Shown here: in pieces, positions 49,839-62,176 of the stretch
Layout: each line of letters starts with the position of its first letter
Position numbering within the stretch: position 1 is the stretch's first letter
Assembly (NCBI GenBank): GCA_964270895.1
Contig: OZ185435.1
Direction: 5' to 3' (one strand)
Source: Podarcis filfolensis
Taxonomy: Eukaryota
Length of the DNA: 64,000 nucleotides
The notes under the pieces: model-generated
Seen by the model: only the letters and a program-made list of their open reading frames with translations
What the model was told of the DNA's origin: nothing
Database searches by the model: none
Made by a program: the position numbers and the translations under genes

Positions 49839-51479
49839 TATAGCCATCATGACTAACAGCCATTGATTTGCACCCTTGATGGCATGGCCTCTTTTGAGTT
49901 ATTAAAAAAGGCGAGAGGTAGCTGGGGGATGGCCATGCCAGCTGAGGAAAATGGGAAACAGGCTCCTCTGCTGACAAGAATTGGGTTGTCATGCTAACTA
50001 CCCCTCCTCTGCGGAGATGATAATCAGATGGTTTTCTTGTACAGCTGGAATATTATTTTTTTTTTAAATCTTTAAAAATCCATTTTGCATGCATTTTTCC
50101 TAAACTGCTTTGGAAACCCCAATGGGACGAATGGTAGATTTAAACAAAAAAAAGCAACTTTTAAAAATGTGTGTCTTTCCCCCATGCTTCAGTTCCAACC
50201 TTTGAGTGAGAGGTTAAATCCATTTGGGCTGTGTCAGTGGCAGCACCCATACTAGAAGCAGTTGTCATCTAAAATGTCCTTGAAACTGATCGCTCTGTGC
50301 GGGAGGGGACTGGAAGGGTGGGAGAGGCCTCCCGTGGACCTTCGAGAGAGAAAGGGGGACCGAGATCTCTCTAAAGGTCTATTCAGTGAAAAGATGGACT
50401 GATTCCCCAAGTGTAACAATCCCGATGGGAAATTCTATTTCCGGGACCGTCTCCCATCGTTGTAGGGTGATTGGCAGCAGCTGCTGCAGCCCCTCCCTAG
50501 ACGCCCACACGAGAAGGCCAGGGTGGTCACGGCAGCAGCTATTCTGAGCGCAGGCAACGACAGAGGGGCTGCCAAAAACAGATCATCCCACCCTCACTAT
50601 CTACGGCTGTTTCCCATCTGTCACTGGTCCAGAATCAGCTACAGGCACTATCACCACCCCACGTTGCGATTGTCTGAAGAAACTAAGTTATCCAAAAAAG
50701 AAAAAAGGGAGTGTGTGCAGGGGGAGACACTTCAGAGCTTTAATACGCCTGGAATAAAATAAGCAGCTTCCATTCTAATCTATGGACTTGGTGAAATGAA
50801 GAGCACCCGCTACAGTCAATAGGAAGGCAATGTCCTGAAATAAGGGGATGAGCCTGAAAAATCAAGTGGCAACTCCGACTGCTTATGTAACAATCCCACA
50901 TAATATATTAAGCAACCCGCTTCCCCACGCCATTGAGTCACAACTTTCCCCTGCTCTCCCCACCCCCCATAGGCATTATGCTTCCAGGAGTTCTATACAC
51001 CATTCCCCTAAAATAAATATATCATTGTTTCGTTTTGCTAATGCGTCACTGCCTGCTGGCTGCGGCTGCTTCACCGCCTGATGTCTGTCAACATGAGGAG
51101 AGAAAATGTGGTTGACACCCCGCCTTCCCAGACATAATGTGGAATGAATGACAGATATGAAACCTGTATAATTTCTCCCTTCTTGCCAACTACTCACCCT
51201 GCCCATAGTCTGCCTCTTGTACTAACTGGGGCAGTGGGGGAGCATTAAACTCACTTGCCATTGATTGCCTAGTAATCAGTAGTTCAGCTAGTTCATTTTA
51301 GACCTTTGGTATCATAATGGAGTTACAGAAAGGGGGGGGGCTCCTTTAGAGGGCCATGTGTGTTACTTCAAATATGAAGCACACAATTAACATTTTCCCT
51401 CTCATCGCCACCACTCCCTGCATTACTAATGCTTCCACATTCCCAGTGCGCTGGCACAAAAATGTTTTGCCAGCCCTCT

Positions 51480-51517
<38 letters not shown>

Positions 51518-54500
51518 AATTCATAGTGCCATAAACAGGAGCAAAAGGGGGATTGCTTCTGTTGTCTTGGTGGTAAACACATTTACTTGGGAATAAGCCC
51601 CATTTTGTTGTAGAAAAGGATATTCCCTCCCTTCCTTTCTGAATGAACAACATTTTTAAAAGTAAAAATAATGAAATTACTGCCTATAGTCATGTAGATG
51701 CCTGGGCAGCCAGTCCAGTTTATAAAATGTTATTAAGAAAAAAATGATTCTGCAGAGCATCATGCCTGTGCTGGTGTAGATGCTGATAGGAAGCCTGCTT
51801 GCCACTGAGCTCATCCTTTGCCACTCTCTGCCTGGACTTTGGCCTGAAGATCCAGCTCTAACTGCCCCACTACTGGCACTAAAAGCCTCCATCTGTCCTT
51901 GCAGCTTCTACATATCTGAGGGGCACACATCCTTCCCTTCTCATCTCAAATAGCATTGCTGAGCCCTGGAGATGCTTCTCTGCCTGCCGAAACCTTGACT
52001 CCCTCCACACCTTGCAAATCTTCCAAGGAATGAATGGTTTTTCTCTCAGACCAGACCCATCCAGGTTTCCCTGGAAGCAACATTCCTAAGACCTGTCAGA
52101 AATATTTAGGATTTATTGATATCTTGCAGGTCTTGGAGAAAGCAGATTAGAGCTTAAAGCACAGAGGAAGTGGGGTTTAATATATAAAGTAAAAGCCAAT
52201 AGTTGCACTGAGGAAATACAAGCTGTAGATCACCACTGATCAGAGAATCTGGTCCAAATGGAGTAATTTCTGCTACTTTGATCAAGCCTGGCTGTGACAG
52301 CATAAAGCAGCAGGTAGAAAAGACAGAGTTGAGAGCATTTCTTCCGTAAAGGGCCACATTCCCTTAGGGGTAATCTTTTGAAGGCCACACCAGCAAGGAG
52401 CAGGGCCAGAACCACACCATAGTCCTCTCATCCATGTGCAAACACCCACTCACCATTCATTCTCTCACACACCCAGGCAACAACTATTATGGAATTATAT
52501 TTTTAAACAGCGTCCATCTGGGACCAAAAACGAAACCCAACCCTTCCTCATCATGGGAGGTGGCTGTGGCTGATGGGAGTTGTAGTCCAAAACTTCTGGT
52601 GGGCATCAGTTTGGGGGAAGGCTGTGTCAAACCATGGGGACGTCACTCGCACAAGTGCCTCACTGTGTGGAGTTCCATGTTGCCTACTTGCACTGAAGGG
52701 CCCTGTTCCTATGGCTGCTTGCATGTAGAAAATGAACCTGTATGTCAGGTGGAAGACAGAATTAAAGATCTGTTTCTGCAGTGGAGTTTCGCTGTGGATT
52801 CTCCCGAGGATCTTCACTGGGATTGGCGCTGTTTAGTTTGTTCATAAATGATCTGGAGTCAAGAGGTGCTATTGGTGAGGTGACATCCAGTTCTCCAGGG
52901 TGCTGAAATCCTAAGCAAAATTCAAAGAGATTTAAATGTACCCCTCCAAGCAGTGTGATGGCAGCTAAACATCCCATGAGAGTCAATAATAAAGTGAGAA
53001 TCCTGTTCCTTCTTGGCTTCTGACCACTTGGTTAATATCAATAATATTATGATATATTTATTTATACCCTGCTTTTTTCCTTGATGGGACTCAAGGCAGC
53101 TTACAGATAAGAACAAGAACTGGTAAAAACACAAGATAAAAACAATTATTTTAAAACAATTAAACATGGATAGAATTATATACATGTATTAAAGTTATAT
53201 GCTTTGTTACTCAAAAAGAGGCTGCTGGTGTTACCCAAGGGCCTAGGCATTAGCCTGAAGAGCCAAAAGGTTTCAATGTCCCATCCCTGGCCATATTCCC
53301 TGATGGGGCTTCCTCTGCCTCATTCAAGCTGTATGCATAAGATCAGAGAGGAACACGGGGCATCACTTGCCTCCTTTTCAGCTTCTGACTCCCGCTCCTT
53401 TTACAGACATGAAACTCCAAAGAAAATTTCCCTAAGTTGGAAGTGTCTCTGCTGCCTTGCTCCCTTGCACTCATTGTCTAAATATGAGATTGTTTGGGGC
53501 TAGGCTAGGCCAAGCAGGCAACGTAGAACATGGCCTGGCCATTCTTCCCTGCTGGGATAGTCATAAAGGATACCAACCCCACATAGAGCTAAGTGAATGA
53601 AAGCAGTAACCACCTTGGAGGAGCCAATAAACACAGTCGTTGAGGAGTGACGTGGGAAAGGCATGCTATAGTCCTGGTTTAGAAAAGGATGGTGGCACTG
53701 AATATTGTACAAATTATGAAGGCAGTTGCGTTCCCCCCTCCCCAATAGTTTCTGTTATTGTAACCTTTTATGTCGTGCATTGCTTTGAACTATTTGGGAA
53801 ATGTGTGCATTTTATACAAATCAGATTTATATTACTGTACTTGGTTTGATGCCAGACTGTCAGTATTTTGTAGGAGGGGAGCTAATGCATATTGGAGATT
53901 TAGCTTTGCACAATTGAAGTGAATTAAAGCACTCTCTCTTCCTGGCACAACAAATACACTTAGGAAAGCGATAAGGTAATGCACTGAAAAGTATGGGGTG
54001 AACAGATGAGAACCAGAAAGACATATAACCACCACGGCACAAGCAAATCAGGACAAATGCTCATTTTCATATAACCTCCCTGCAAACGAATCAGAATGAA
54101 TTCACAATGAAGATCAGACTTCTTTGTATAAGCAAATCAGGATGAATGCTCAATAAACAGGGCATCTGGAGGAGCCCATTGTCACTTCTATATTCTTTGC
54201 ACATTAAACAGTTCATACACGTGGCTTAAATCACAGAAGATGTTGCAATGTGAAATACTGCAGCAGGGTCTGTAGAAGGGTGTAGCAGCTGCTGCCAGAG
54301 ATTGCAGCGGGACCCCCAAGTTCCACTGCTTATGAGAGTGAGTGCTTGAGTAACCACTAGAGTGAACAGCTAGATGCACACACAAAATCAGAGAAATGTT
54401 TCATAAGAGACTCATTCTTATTCTCTGCCCTGCACAGATGAAATGACACTTTAGACAGATGCTGCCATGGACTCCCTCTTCTTCCTTGTATGTGAGTATT

Positions 54501-56227
54501 ATCAGGAACTTGCCAAGGGGCAACTTGGTTGTGTAGGAAGTCCTTTTATATATTTCTCACATCACATTTGTATCCTCCAATGAGCTCATGGCAGGCTGGT
54601 TTGTCCCATTTTATCCACAGGGGGAATATTTAGGATTGCCATACGCCCGGAATTTCCCAGACATATCCGGAATACTGCAGTCAGAAGCAGTGTCCAGGAA
54701 AATCCGGACATATGGCAACCCATGTTGGCAGTGTAGTTTTTGGTGATTTCACATAAAATTAGCTCAAATAAATATGAAGTATTTATTTTACACACACGCG
54801 TATGCGCGCGCACACACACACACACACACACACAGGGTTTCAGCTGTTTTAAGCATACTTTCTCTTACATTCATATGCTGGCTATGACTCTCCCTCCAGA
54901 TGGCTCCCTTCCTGGTGCACCCATCCATCCACATTGGGGGGGGGTGCGGAGATGGAATGATGGGAGTCAGGAGAAGTGACATGAGTGTAATTAGGGCCCA
55001 ATTTGGGTCTGCCTTAGGGGAGAAGTCAGTTCTCTTGAGTACATAGAATAGGCTTCTGTCTGGCAGGAAGATAGAGAAATCTTGCAGCAGTTAACACCAC
55101 AATAGCCCATGTCCCAACTTCCAAAAGACATCAAGCCATCTTCCTGATGGAGGTGACTGACTTGTGACTGGCTGGCCACAGTCTCCTGTCAATCAAGGCA
55201 CAGCTGGGTCAGATACTCTAAAAGATGGCTGTTGCCCAACAGTTCTATGTCCCTCAAATCGCCTGCCCCCCCATTGACCATGTGCAGTGGTGTAGATGGT
55301 GAAATGAAACAATTTCTTTCTTTTTAAAGTACCATTCTGGTTTTACCTTTGTCTTTTTATTCTAAATAGACATAACTATGGTGTTTGGGGGTCTTGGGTG
55401 CATTTCTGCCAGACTGAAAGCAATTTCCCCCTATATCAATTTGGTCCATGGTGTGTGTGTGTAAAATAGGTTTGGCAGAGAAAAGAAAGCTACCTTGGTC
55501 TCTGGGGAGGGACGGGTAAGCAGGATGCTCTCTCTCCTTCCCATCCTAAGGATTTGCCACAGAAAGCACTCTTGAGGTGAGTGTGGAGGCAGCCTATTTG
55601 AGAGCCCCTGGTGTGACTGGCCTACCCAGCTGGCAAGACCTATTCCTTACAAGAAGGCTGAAATGAAAGCCATGTAGGCTCTTAGGAGATGCTAGTGCTC
55701 CACACCCAGGCAGTATTGGCCACCTCTCATTTCATTCCCTTCCCCCCACCTGACCATCCCCAAGATGAACATATGTGGTTTAATCCTTCTCCATAAATCA
55801 CCCCCCACCCAAACTCCTGGCAGAAACCAGCTTGTCTGCCCCATGTCTCCTTGGCACTGGGATGTACTGCTTGGATGGGGTGTGGCTGACGCCAGCTGTA
55901 ATTTCAATTCCCCCTTCCCTTCCCCCTGCTCATAACTTGCCCTTTGCCACATATTGAGGTCTCAGCTTTCTAAAACCCAGCAGACAAGGGTGTTGGTAGG
56001 GGGTGGCCCATGGCTCCCAAGCCCCAGACCTTTTTGGAACTTAGAAGCTGCCTTTATACTGAATTAGACCATTGGGCTAGATGATACTGAACTATCATCT
56101 AGCCCAGTATAGATGATCAGACACTTTCAGATGTAAAGTAGCAGCTTGCAAGTCTGCTGAAGTCCATATTAGACAATGCAATTAATTCCAAGAAACCAAG
56201 TCAAAGTCTCCCTTCATGTTCTCAGTA

Positions 56228-56469
56228 CAGTGGTACCTCGGGTTACATACGTTTCAGGTTACATACGCTTCAGGTTACAGACTCCACCAACCCAGAAATA
56301 GTACCTCGGGTTAAGAACTTTGCTTCAGGATGAGAACAGAGATCGGGCTCCGGCGGCGCGGCAGCAGCGGGAGGCCCCATTAGCTCAAGTGGTGCTTCAG
56401 GTTAAGAACAGTTTCAGGTTAAGAACAAACCTCTGGAACGCATTAAGTACTTAACCTGAGGTACCACTG
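56228..56469. mobile_element. Tc1/mariner-type MITE (family B, opposite orientation to 49613)
   Basis: CAGTGGTACCTC...GAGGTACCACTG TIRs, TA TSD; an empty-site paralogue exists at ~31256-31381. Confidence 0.85.
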
Positions 56470-58507
56470 TATATTAAATTCTGTACTTACAATTAAACTA
56501 TTTTTCCTTTAGTCTGTAGGTCAGATTGGCCTCCATGGCCTGAACATTTGCAAAGTTTCTCATATAATTAAACAAATACAAGAGTGTGCCATCATCCAGA
56601 AGCTTGTGCATGCAGAGCAACGGCGCTCAGTAACATCACAGACAGTTCTTATTCTGCCACTCAATCACCAGCCAACACTGTCATGCATAAATCATAGTGA
56701 GAGCTGCAGCAGACGCAAATTACCACCCATCAACAGTATCTCCCTTGCTTTAGTTACATCTCTTTTGCGTCTACAGGCTCCATTTATGAAAAACACAAGG
56801 GAACAAGATTGCTTGTAACTATATAAGGATGCATTTTATTCTAAAGCAAGCAATAAAAAACCCCATCCTTTCTTCAGCTCCCACGTCTTTAACTAGAACC
56901 CGAGCTGGCAGGTCTTCTGAAGGATCCATTTTGTTGTCAAAAGCCGTATTAAAAACAGTGTCAGTACACTATCTGGTCATTCAGCCCTATACTTCCTTAT
57001 TAGGGGGGCTTGTGTTTTGGAGGCTAGAAGTGGGAAGGAGAGGAGAGGAAGGGTTAGGAAGGGAGCAAGAAGAGGTCAAGGCTGGAAGAAGGCTGTGGAG
57101 GAGGAGGCAGGCATCATGGATGAATGGGAAGGAGGAGGGGAGAGGGAGGGGGGAACGGTGGTTGCTTTGGAGCCTGTGCTTTGTTTTCTTCTCCATCCCC
57201 ATTATTTCCACCTCCCGCACAGCATTGGGATGAGACAATCCCCATCTGGAAATACCTTCCCTTTTACAGTCAGGCAAGAAGGCGCAGGCTGCAGCAGTGG
57301 GATGAGCCCCAGACTTACCCTCTCCTTGGAGGTGCTCCATTTGTGAGGGAGTGGAGGAAGGGAGATCCAGGATGTGAGGAGGCACTGGCAGTCGCAGAGA
57401 GGGTCATTGCCTCCAGGGCCACAGCTCCAGGGATGGGGGAAGAATGTGAACCATGCTACCAAGGTCAGGCTGATGCACAGCAGCTTCACTCCAGACTTTT
57501 CTCCTCCTTGTGAAAACGGCAGCTTGCAAGACAGAAATGATGGCTGCTCCACCATTGACTGTTCCACTATTACAGTCCGTTCCCTTTCCCTCTCACTTCT
57601 GATTGTTGGTTTTATTGGGCAGGGCAGCATGCTTATCCACTTCCTCTGGTCCCGCTGCTTTCCCCTAGGGAAATCTGCTCTTTGGTGCTCAATTGGAGCA
57701 AATGGCAATTGTATCAGCTTGTGATTATTCCTTAGTCAATGTGACAGAGATAATCGAGGTGCTTCCCCATGACTCATGGAGAACCTAGTGCCACTCCACA
57801 TTCTGTTATTTACCATGGGCATTCACTTCTGTACTTACAAAGCGAGAATGAATACTCAGCATCTCTTAACATTAGAGGCATAAGAAAGCTGTGTTGAGCA
57901 ATCTGGTGTATGTACTCTTTCTTAAGAGCATGGGGGCCTTGCTGGATCAAGCCAAAGTGAACCTCATCTAATTTTCTTTCCAAGAATCCCAGCAACCAGA
58001 AATCGAGCAACGGATCAAGCTCTACCTTTTGCTTAACCCTGGTCCACCATACCTCTTGCAGCATAGGTTGTGGGCTGTGGCTGGCCTTCCTAATCTGTTT
58101 CCATCCACTCCCTAAAGACATGCAAAGGGCTTCTCCATCCCAGGCATCCCCTCTCTAATTGCAAGTATTTGGATTCTCATGAGCTTCCTGCTGTGCCAAG
58201 TACTGGAATGCACTGTGATGTCATTGAGGGGAGGAGGAGTGTAACACAAAGGTAGAACTGAGTTTGGAAAGACAATGAAATATTACGCTGTCACTTGGGT
58301 AAAGGAGGGTGATCACCCAGAAAGGAAATCAGGGCCCCTACAGTGGTTCAGAATATTGCAGGGGTAGCATTGCACTGTGTGGAAACCTGAACCACACAGT
58401 TGGATCCTTGTCCATTGATGTCAGATGATTGTAGGTTTTGTGGGTATGTAAGGAACTGCTTTTCAAGTGTATGTGTGAAACACACTTACACACATATTTT
58501 AGTGTTA

Positions 58508-58767
58508 CAGTGGTACCTCGGGATGCGAACAGGATCCGTTCCGGAGCTCCGTTCGCATCCCAAACAGAACGTAAGACACGACAGCACGTCTGCGCTTGCG
58601 CGGGTTGCGTTTTGCCACTTCCGCACATGCACGTGATGTCATTTTGACCGTCTGCGCATGCACAAGCGGCGAAACCCAGAAGTAACGCACACCGTTACTT
58701 CAAGGTCGCCGTGGAGCGCAACCCGAAAGCGCTCAACCTGAAGCGTATTTATCCCGAGGTATGACTG
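58508..58767. mobile_element. Tc1/mariner-type MITE (family A)
   Basis: CAGTGGTACCTCGGGAT...atcccgaggtatgactg TIRs, TA TSD, CpG-rich internal sequence. Confidence 0.8.
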
Positions 58768-59879
58768 TATTCTGACTCTTCATGCTTCTCTCTCATATGA
58801 ATTTCTTTGCATGTTTAACTTTGGGCTTGTCCACATTGCCACTTGTCCTGTGCCTAGAAAGCGTGGGTCCAAGCGGTTATTGTGTCAAGCAAATATTCTC
58901 CTCTATTTTTTCTAGTGCATTTCCCCATCACTTTCCTTATCGTAAAAAGTCCAGTCTTATGGGAGGGTAAAACAGGTTTGTTGAGCAAAAGCACCAAATC
59001 AGCTTTAATGACACAACCTGAATCAGCTGGCATGTGATTGCATCTCACCTGAAAATGGCAATACCATATATTCCAGTAGTTCTCATAACCTTTTCACCCC
59101 TGACTGTGCATTGAGAGATATGAATAGATGCTAGGAGGGGATTTATTTATTAGATATCCTTCCTTCCTCACATTTGTGAGTTCAGCAGAGTGCCATCCCT
59201 TTTGCAGCTTAAAAGGGAAGCTTAGATAGGCTAGTTTTAGACATTTAGCTTAAGTAATTTAAGATGTTTTAAAGCAGACTGTATTCTCCTGGTATTTCCC
59301 CCTTTTCTCCCCCTTAAAGCAATAATCACATAGTCTTGTAAAAGGTAAAATAATATTTGCACACTCAGAATACTTGCTGAAGAGTAACACATACAGCAGC
59401 TTTGTTCAGTTAGGCTTAAAATGGTAATTCAGTTATAATGAATACTTAAGTCTTGCTTAAGATGGAGTCTGAGCGTTGGAGCTCAGCAGATGTTCTCACA
59501 TTTCTGGCAGAGGGGAAAAAGATGGAAAGAGAGGAAGAGGGTGTGCCCAGGCAGGTAGGAAAATAAACAGCTTCCCCTGTCAGGGCACAGTGGGAATGTC
59601 TCTCACAGAGTTCTCTCTAGCAAGTTTACAGGAAAACCTTGTGAGCTTCAGTTCCTGTCTTGTGCCTATCTAGCAAAAACATGAATTGTTGGTTTGACTG
59701 CATTTTAAATACCACGTGAAAATTGCTGAGGGTCATTAAGTAGTCTACTAACTTTTTATTAATTCAGCAGTGGCATTGAAATCATCATCTTCAGAACCAT
59801 GGCATCACAGGCCTATAGGTCAGGGCCTTGTTAGCAAGGAAGGGGACATGACAGAGGTGCATTAAATTATGCACAGTGT

Positions 59880-60152
59880 GAAGTTTCCCTATTCCTCAGG
59901 TCACTTTAAAAGGGGATTGGCCAAATTCATGGAGGATAAAGCAATCACTGTTTCGCCATTCTGGCAATATTCTACCACCAAGATCAGAGGCATTGTGCCT
60001 CTAGATATGAGTCACATGGGAGAAGGCTATTGGGCTTATGTCCTCTTTGTGGATTTCCCATAAGCATCTGGTTAGCCATTGTAGGAAACAGGATGCTAGA
60101 CTAGATTAGGGCTTTGGCCTGGCCCAGCAGGACTCTTCTAATACTCTTATGT
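59880..60152 (+). mobile_element. CR1-like 3' end
   Basis: ttggccaaattcatggaggataa...gcatctggttagccattgt...caggatgctagactagat...ccagcagg.ctcttct.at..tcttatgt. Reverse-orientation relatives at ~49445-49612 and ~57880-58100. Confidence 0.55.
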
Positions 60153-60628
60153 CCGCAAGGGCAGAAAGGGTTAATTTCACTTTCACCAGCCCCTCCTCTT
60201 CCCCCTGGCTCTGAATAGCACTCTGACAGGCAGGCAGCATAGCAGCAGGGCTATTTAGGTTTAGTGGCTGCCACCTGGGGAATGCAAAGGGGGAGGAGAT
60301 TCAGGGAGCATAGGTTCTGACATCACTGGCTGGCTCCATTCTGGGCACATGGACAAACAGGGTGATTCACTGCAGGCTGGTATTATCTTGCAAGGAGGTT
60401 GCCAGTGACTCAGCCCCCAAAGTGGGAGGCAAAGGAGTACAGGCCAGGATACCCCAGTCTTGTTGGGCATATAGCTTGTTTTTGGTTTCATAATCTAAGC
60501 CCAGGAGATTGCAATGCCCTTTGGATTTTTAGTTTTGGTTTCAAAATCTAAGCCTAGGAGACCGTAATTCCCTTTGGGTTTTGTATGAGGTGAGATGAAG
60601 GGCACTAGAAGCCTGTGGACATTACAGG

Positions 60629-60786
60629 CAGTGCTTTTTTTCTGGGGGTACACATACCCCTAAAAATTCTGTGAATCTTTGTACTTTTGTCCATTTACTA
60701 TTTATTTTTCCCGATTTGAACTATAAAACGGTGATTTTCTTGAGTCAAAATGAGAGTATCGCTAAACATTTTTAGGAAAAAAAGCA
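60629..60786. mobile_element. hAT-type MITE (same family as 42609), right end damaged
   Basis: cagtgcttttttt left end; shared internal motifs (cccctaaa, aaaatgagagta, ctaaacatttt); partial TSD (acagg). Confidence 0.65.
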
Positions 60787-61404
60787 AACAGGCTTATTGA
60801 CTCCCCTCACTCTCCACAGCTTGGAACTTGCCTGAGGAAATATATAAAGACTAATCCCTGGCATGATAACTGGCTGCACTAAAACCCATAAGTAGGAAAT
60901 GGTATCCAGAACCCATCTAGTCCATTAGCTAGGAATAAATATCAGGTTAAATATGCTTCAACTACTCTGGGAAAGATTCCTTTTTGCCTCTTTTTGCAAG
61001 TTATTTGGCTTCATTCCAAGAACTTGCTTCTCTGCCAAAACCTTTAGGGTTGTGTGTGTCTGTGTGTGGTTTTGTACTGAATGTTTGCATTGTTATGTTT
61101 CTCATTGTGGTGGGATTTCAATGTCCTAATATAGCGTTTGCTTCTTTCCCCCTATTCCCAAACCATGGTCCTGGCATAGCTGTTTACATATCCGAAAGTT
61201 TTCCCCCGTCATCAAGCCTGACCTATTCTTTCAGTGATCTCACATCCCCTTTCACTTTCCAAAGCTGGTACTTTCCACTTCACCCCCTCCTTCACAGTAT
61301 CCCTTGACCATCGTCCTCAGGGCCCACGGGCATGATCTGGGCCCACTCCCAGATGAGGCCTAGCCGTTGCCTAGCAGAACGGAACTGTTGCATCCCATGA
61401 CTGG

Positions 61405-61625
61405 CTTGTTCCCGCCCCACAAGAGATTTCTCACTGACAAGAGGAATCCACAGCTGTTCCAAAATGGGAGCTGGAGGAGGGCAAGGGGGAAACGGGGAGG
61501 GAACAGTGGGATGATGTCAACACTCAGGGATACAAATAGCCAGAGCTCAGATTCCCGTCCCGACTCTGACTTGCTCACCCAGAGCAGCTGTTCTCTCTCT
61601 GCCTCCGTCCTGTCCAGCCGCCACC
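61405..61625 (+). promoter_or_regulatory. Desmin proximal promoter and 5' UTR
   Basis: GC box cccgcccc at 61411, E-box CAGCTG at 61451-61456, and non-canonical TATA GGGATACAAATAG at 61527-61539, resembling the mammalian desmin core promoter as I recall it. Confidence 0.7.
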
Positions 61626-62176
61626 ATGAGCCAATCCTACTCCTCCAGCCAGAGACTCTCTTCATACCGCCGCACCTTTGGTGCTGGCTCAGCCTCACCT
61701 TCCTTCCCGCGCGCCTCCTTCGGTAGCAAGGGCTCTTCTTCCAGCTCCGTCTCCTCTCGGGTCTACCAAGTGTCCCGCAGCGCCGCACCACCCAGCCTGT
61801 CCAGCTTCCGAGCCAGCTACTCGGCCCCACTGCGCTCAGCCTACCAGGGTGCCGGCGAGCTCCTCGACTTCTCCCTGGCCGATGCCATGAACCAGGAGTT
61901 CCTGCAGACACGCACCAACGAGAAGGTGGAGCTGCAGGAGCTCAACGACCGCTTCGCCAACTACATTGAGAAGGTGCGTTACCTGGAGCAGCAGAATGCG
62001 CTCATGGTGGCCGAAGTCAACCGGCTCAAGGGCAAGGAACCCACGAGGGTGGCCGAGATCTACGAAGAGGAGCTGCGGGAGCTGAGGCGCCAGGTGGAGA
62101 TGCTGACCAACCAGAGAGCACGTGTTGATGTGGAGAGGGACAATCTGCTGGATGACCTCCAGAAGCTGAAGCAGAG
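61626..62176 (+). CDS. DES: Desmin, coding exon 1 (head domain and coil 1A/1B start); remaining exons beyond the right edge
   Basis: Kozak gccaccATG at 61626; [19 protein letters not shown] head motif; [46 protein letters not shown]; phase-2 donor AG|gtgaga at 62177; position next to DNPEP fits desmin synteny. Confidence 0.96.

Noticed and set aside
52887-52907. RE1/NRSE-like site TTCAGCACCCTGGAGAACTGG (minus strand)
   Set aside because: The left half is perfect but the right half has about 5 mismatches, and it is 32 kb from PTPRN; not supportable.
56829-57724. Cluster of overlapping 110-170-aa ORFs on both strands
   Set aside because: Low-complexity purine-rich DNA, no recognisable domain and no consistent exon chain; a lncRNA exon cannot be excluded.
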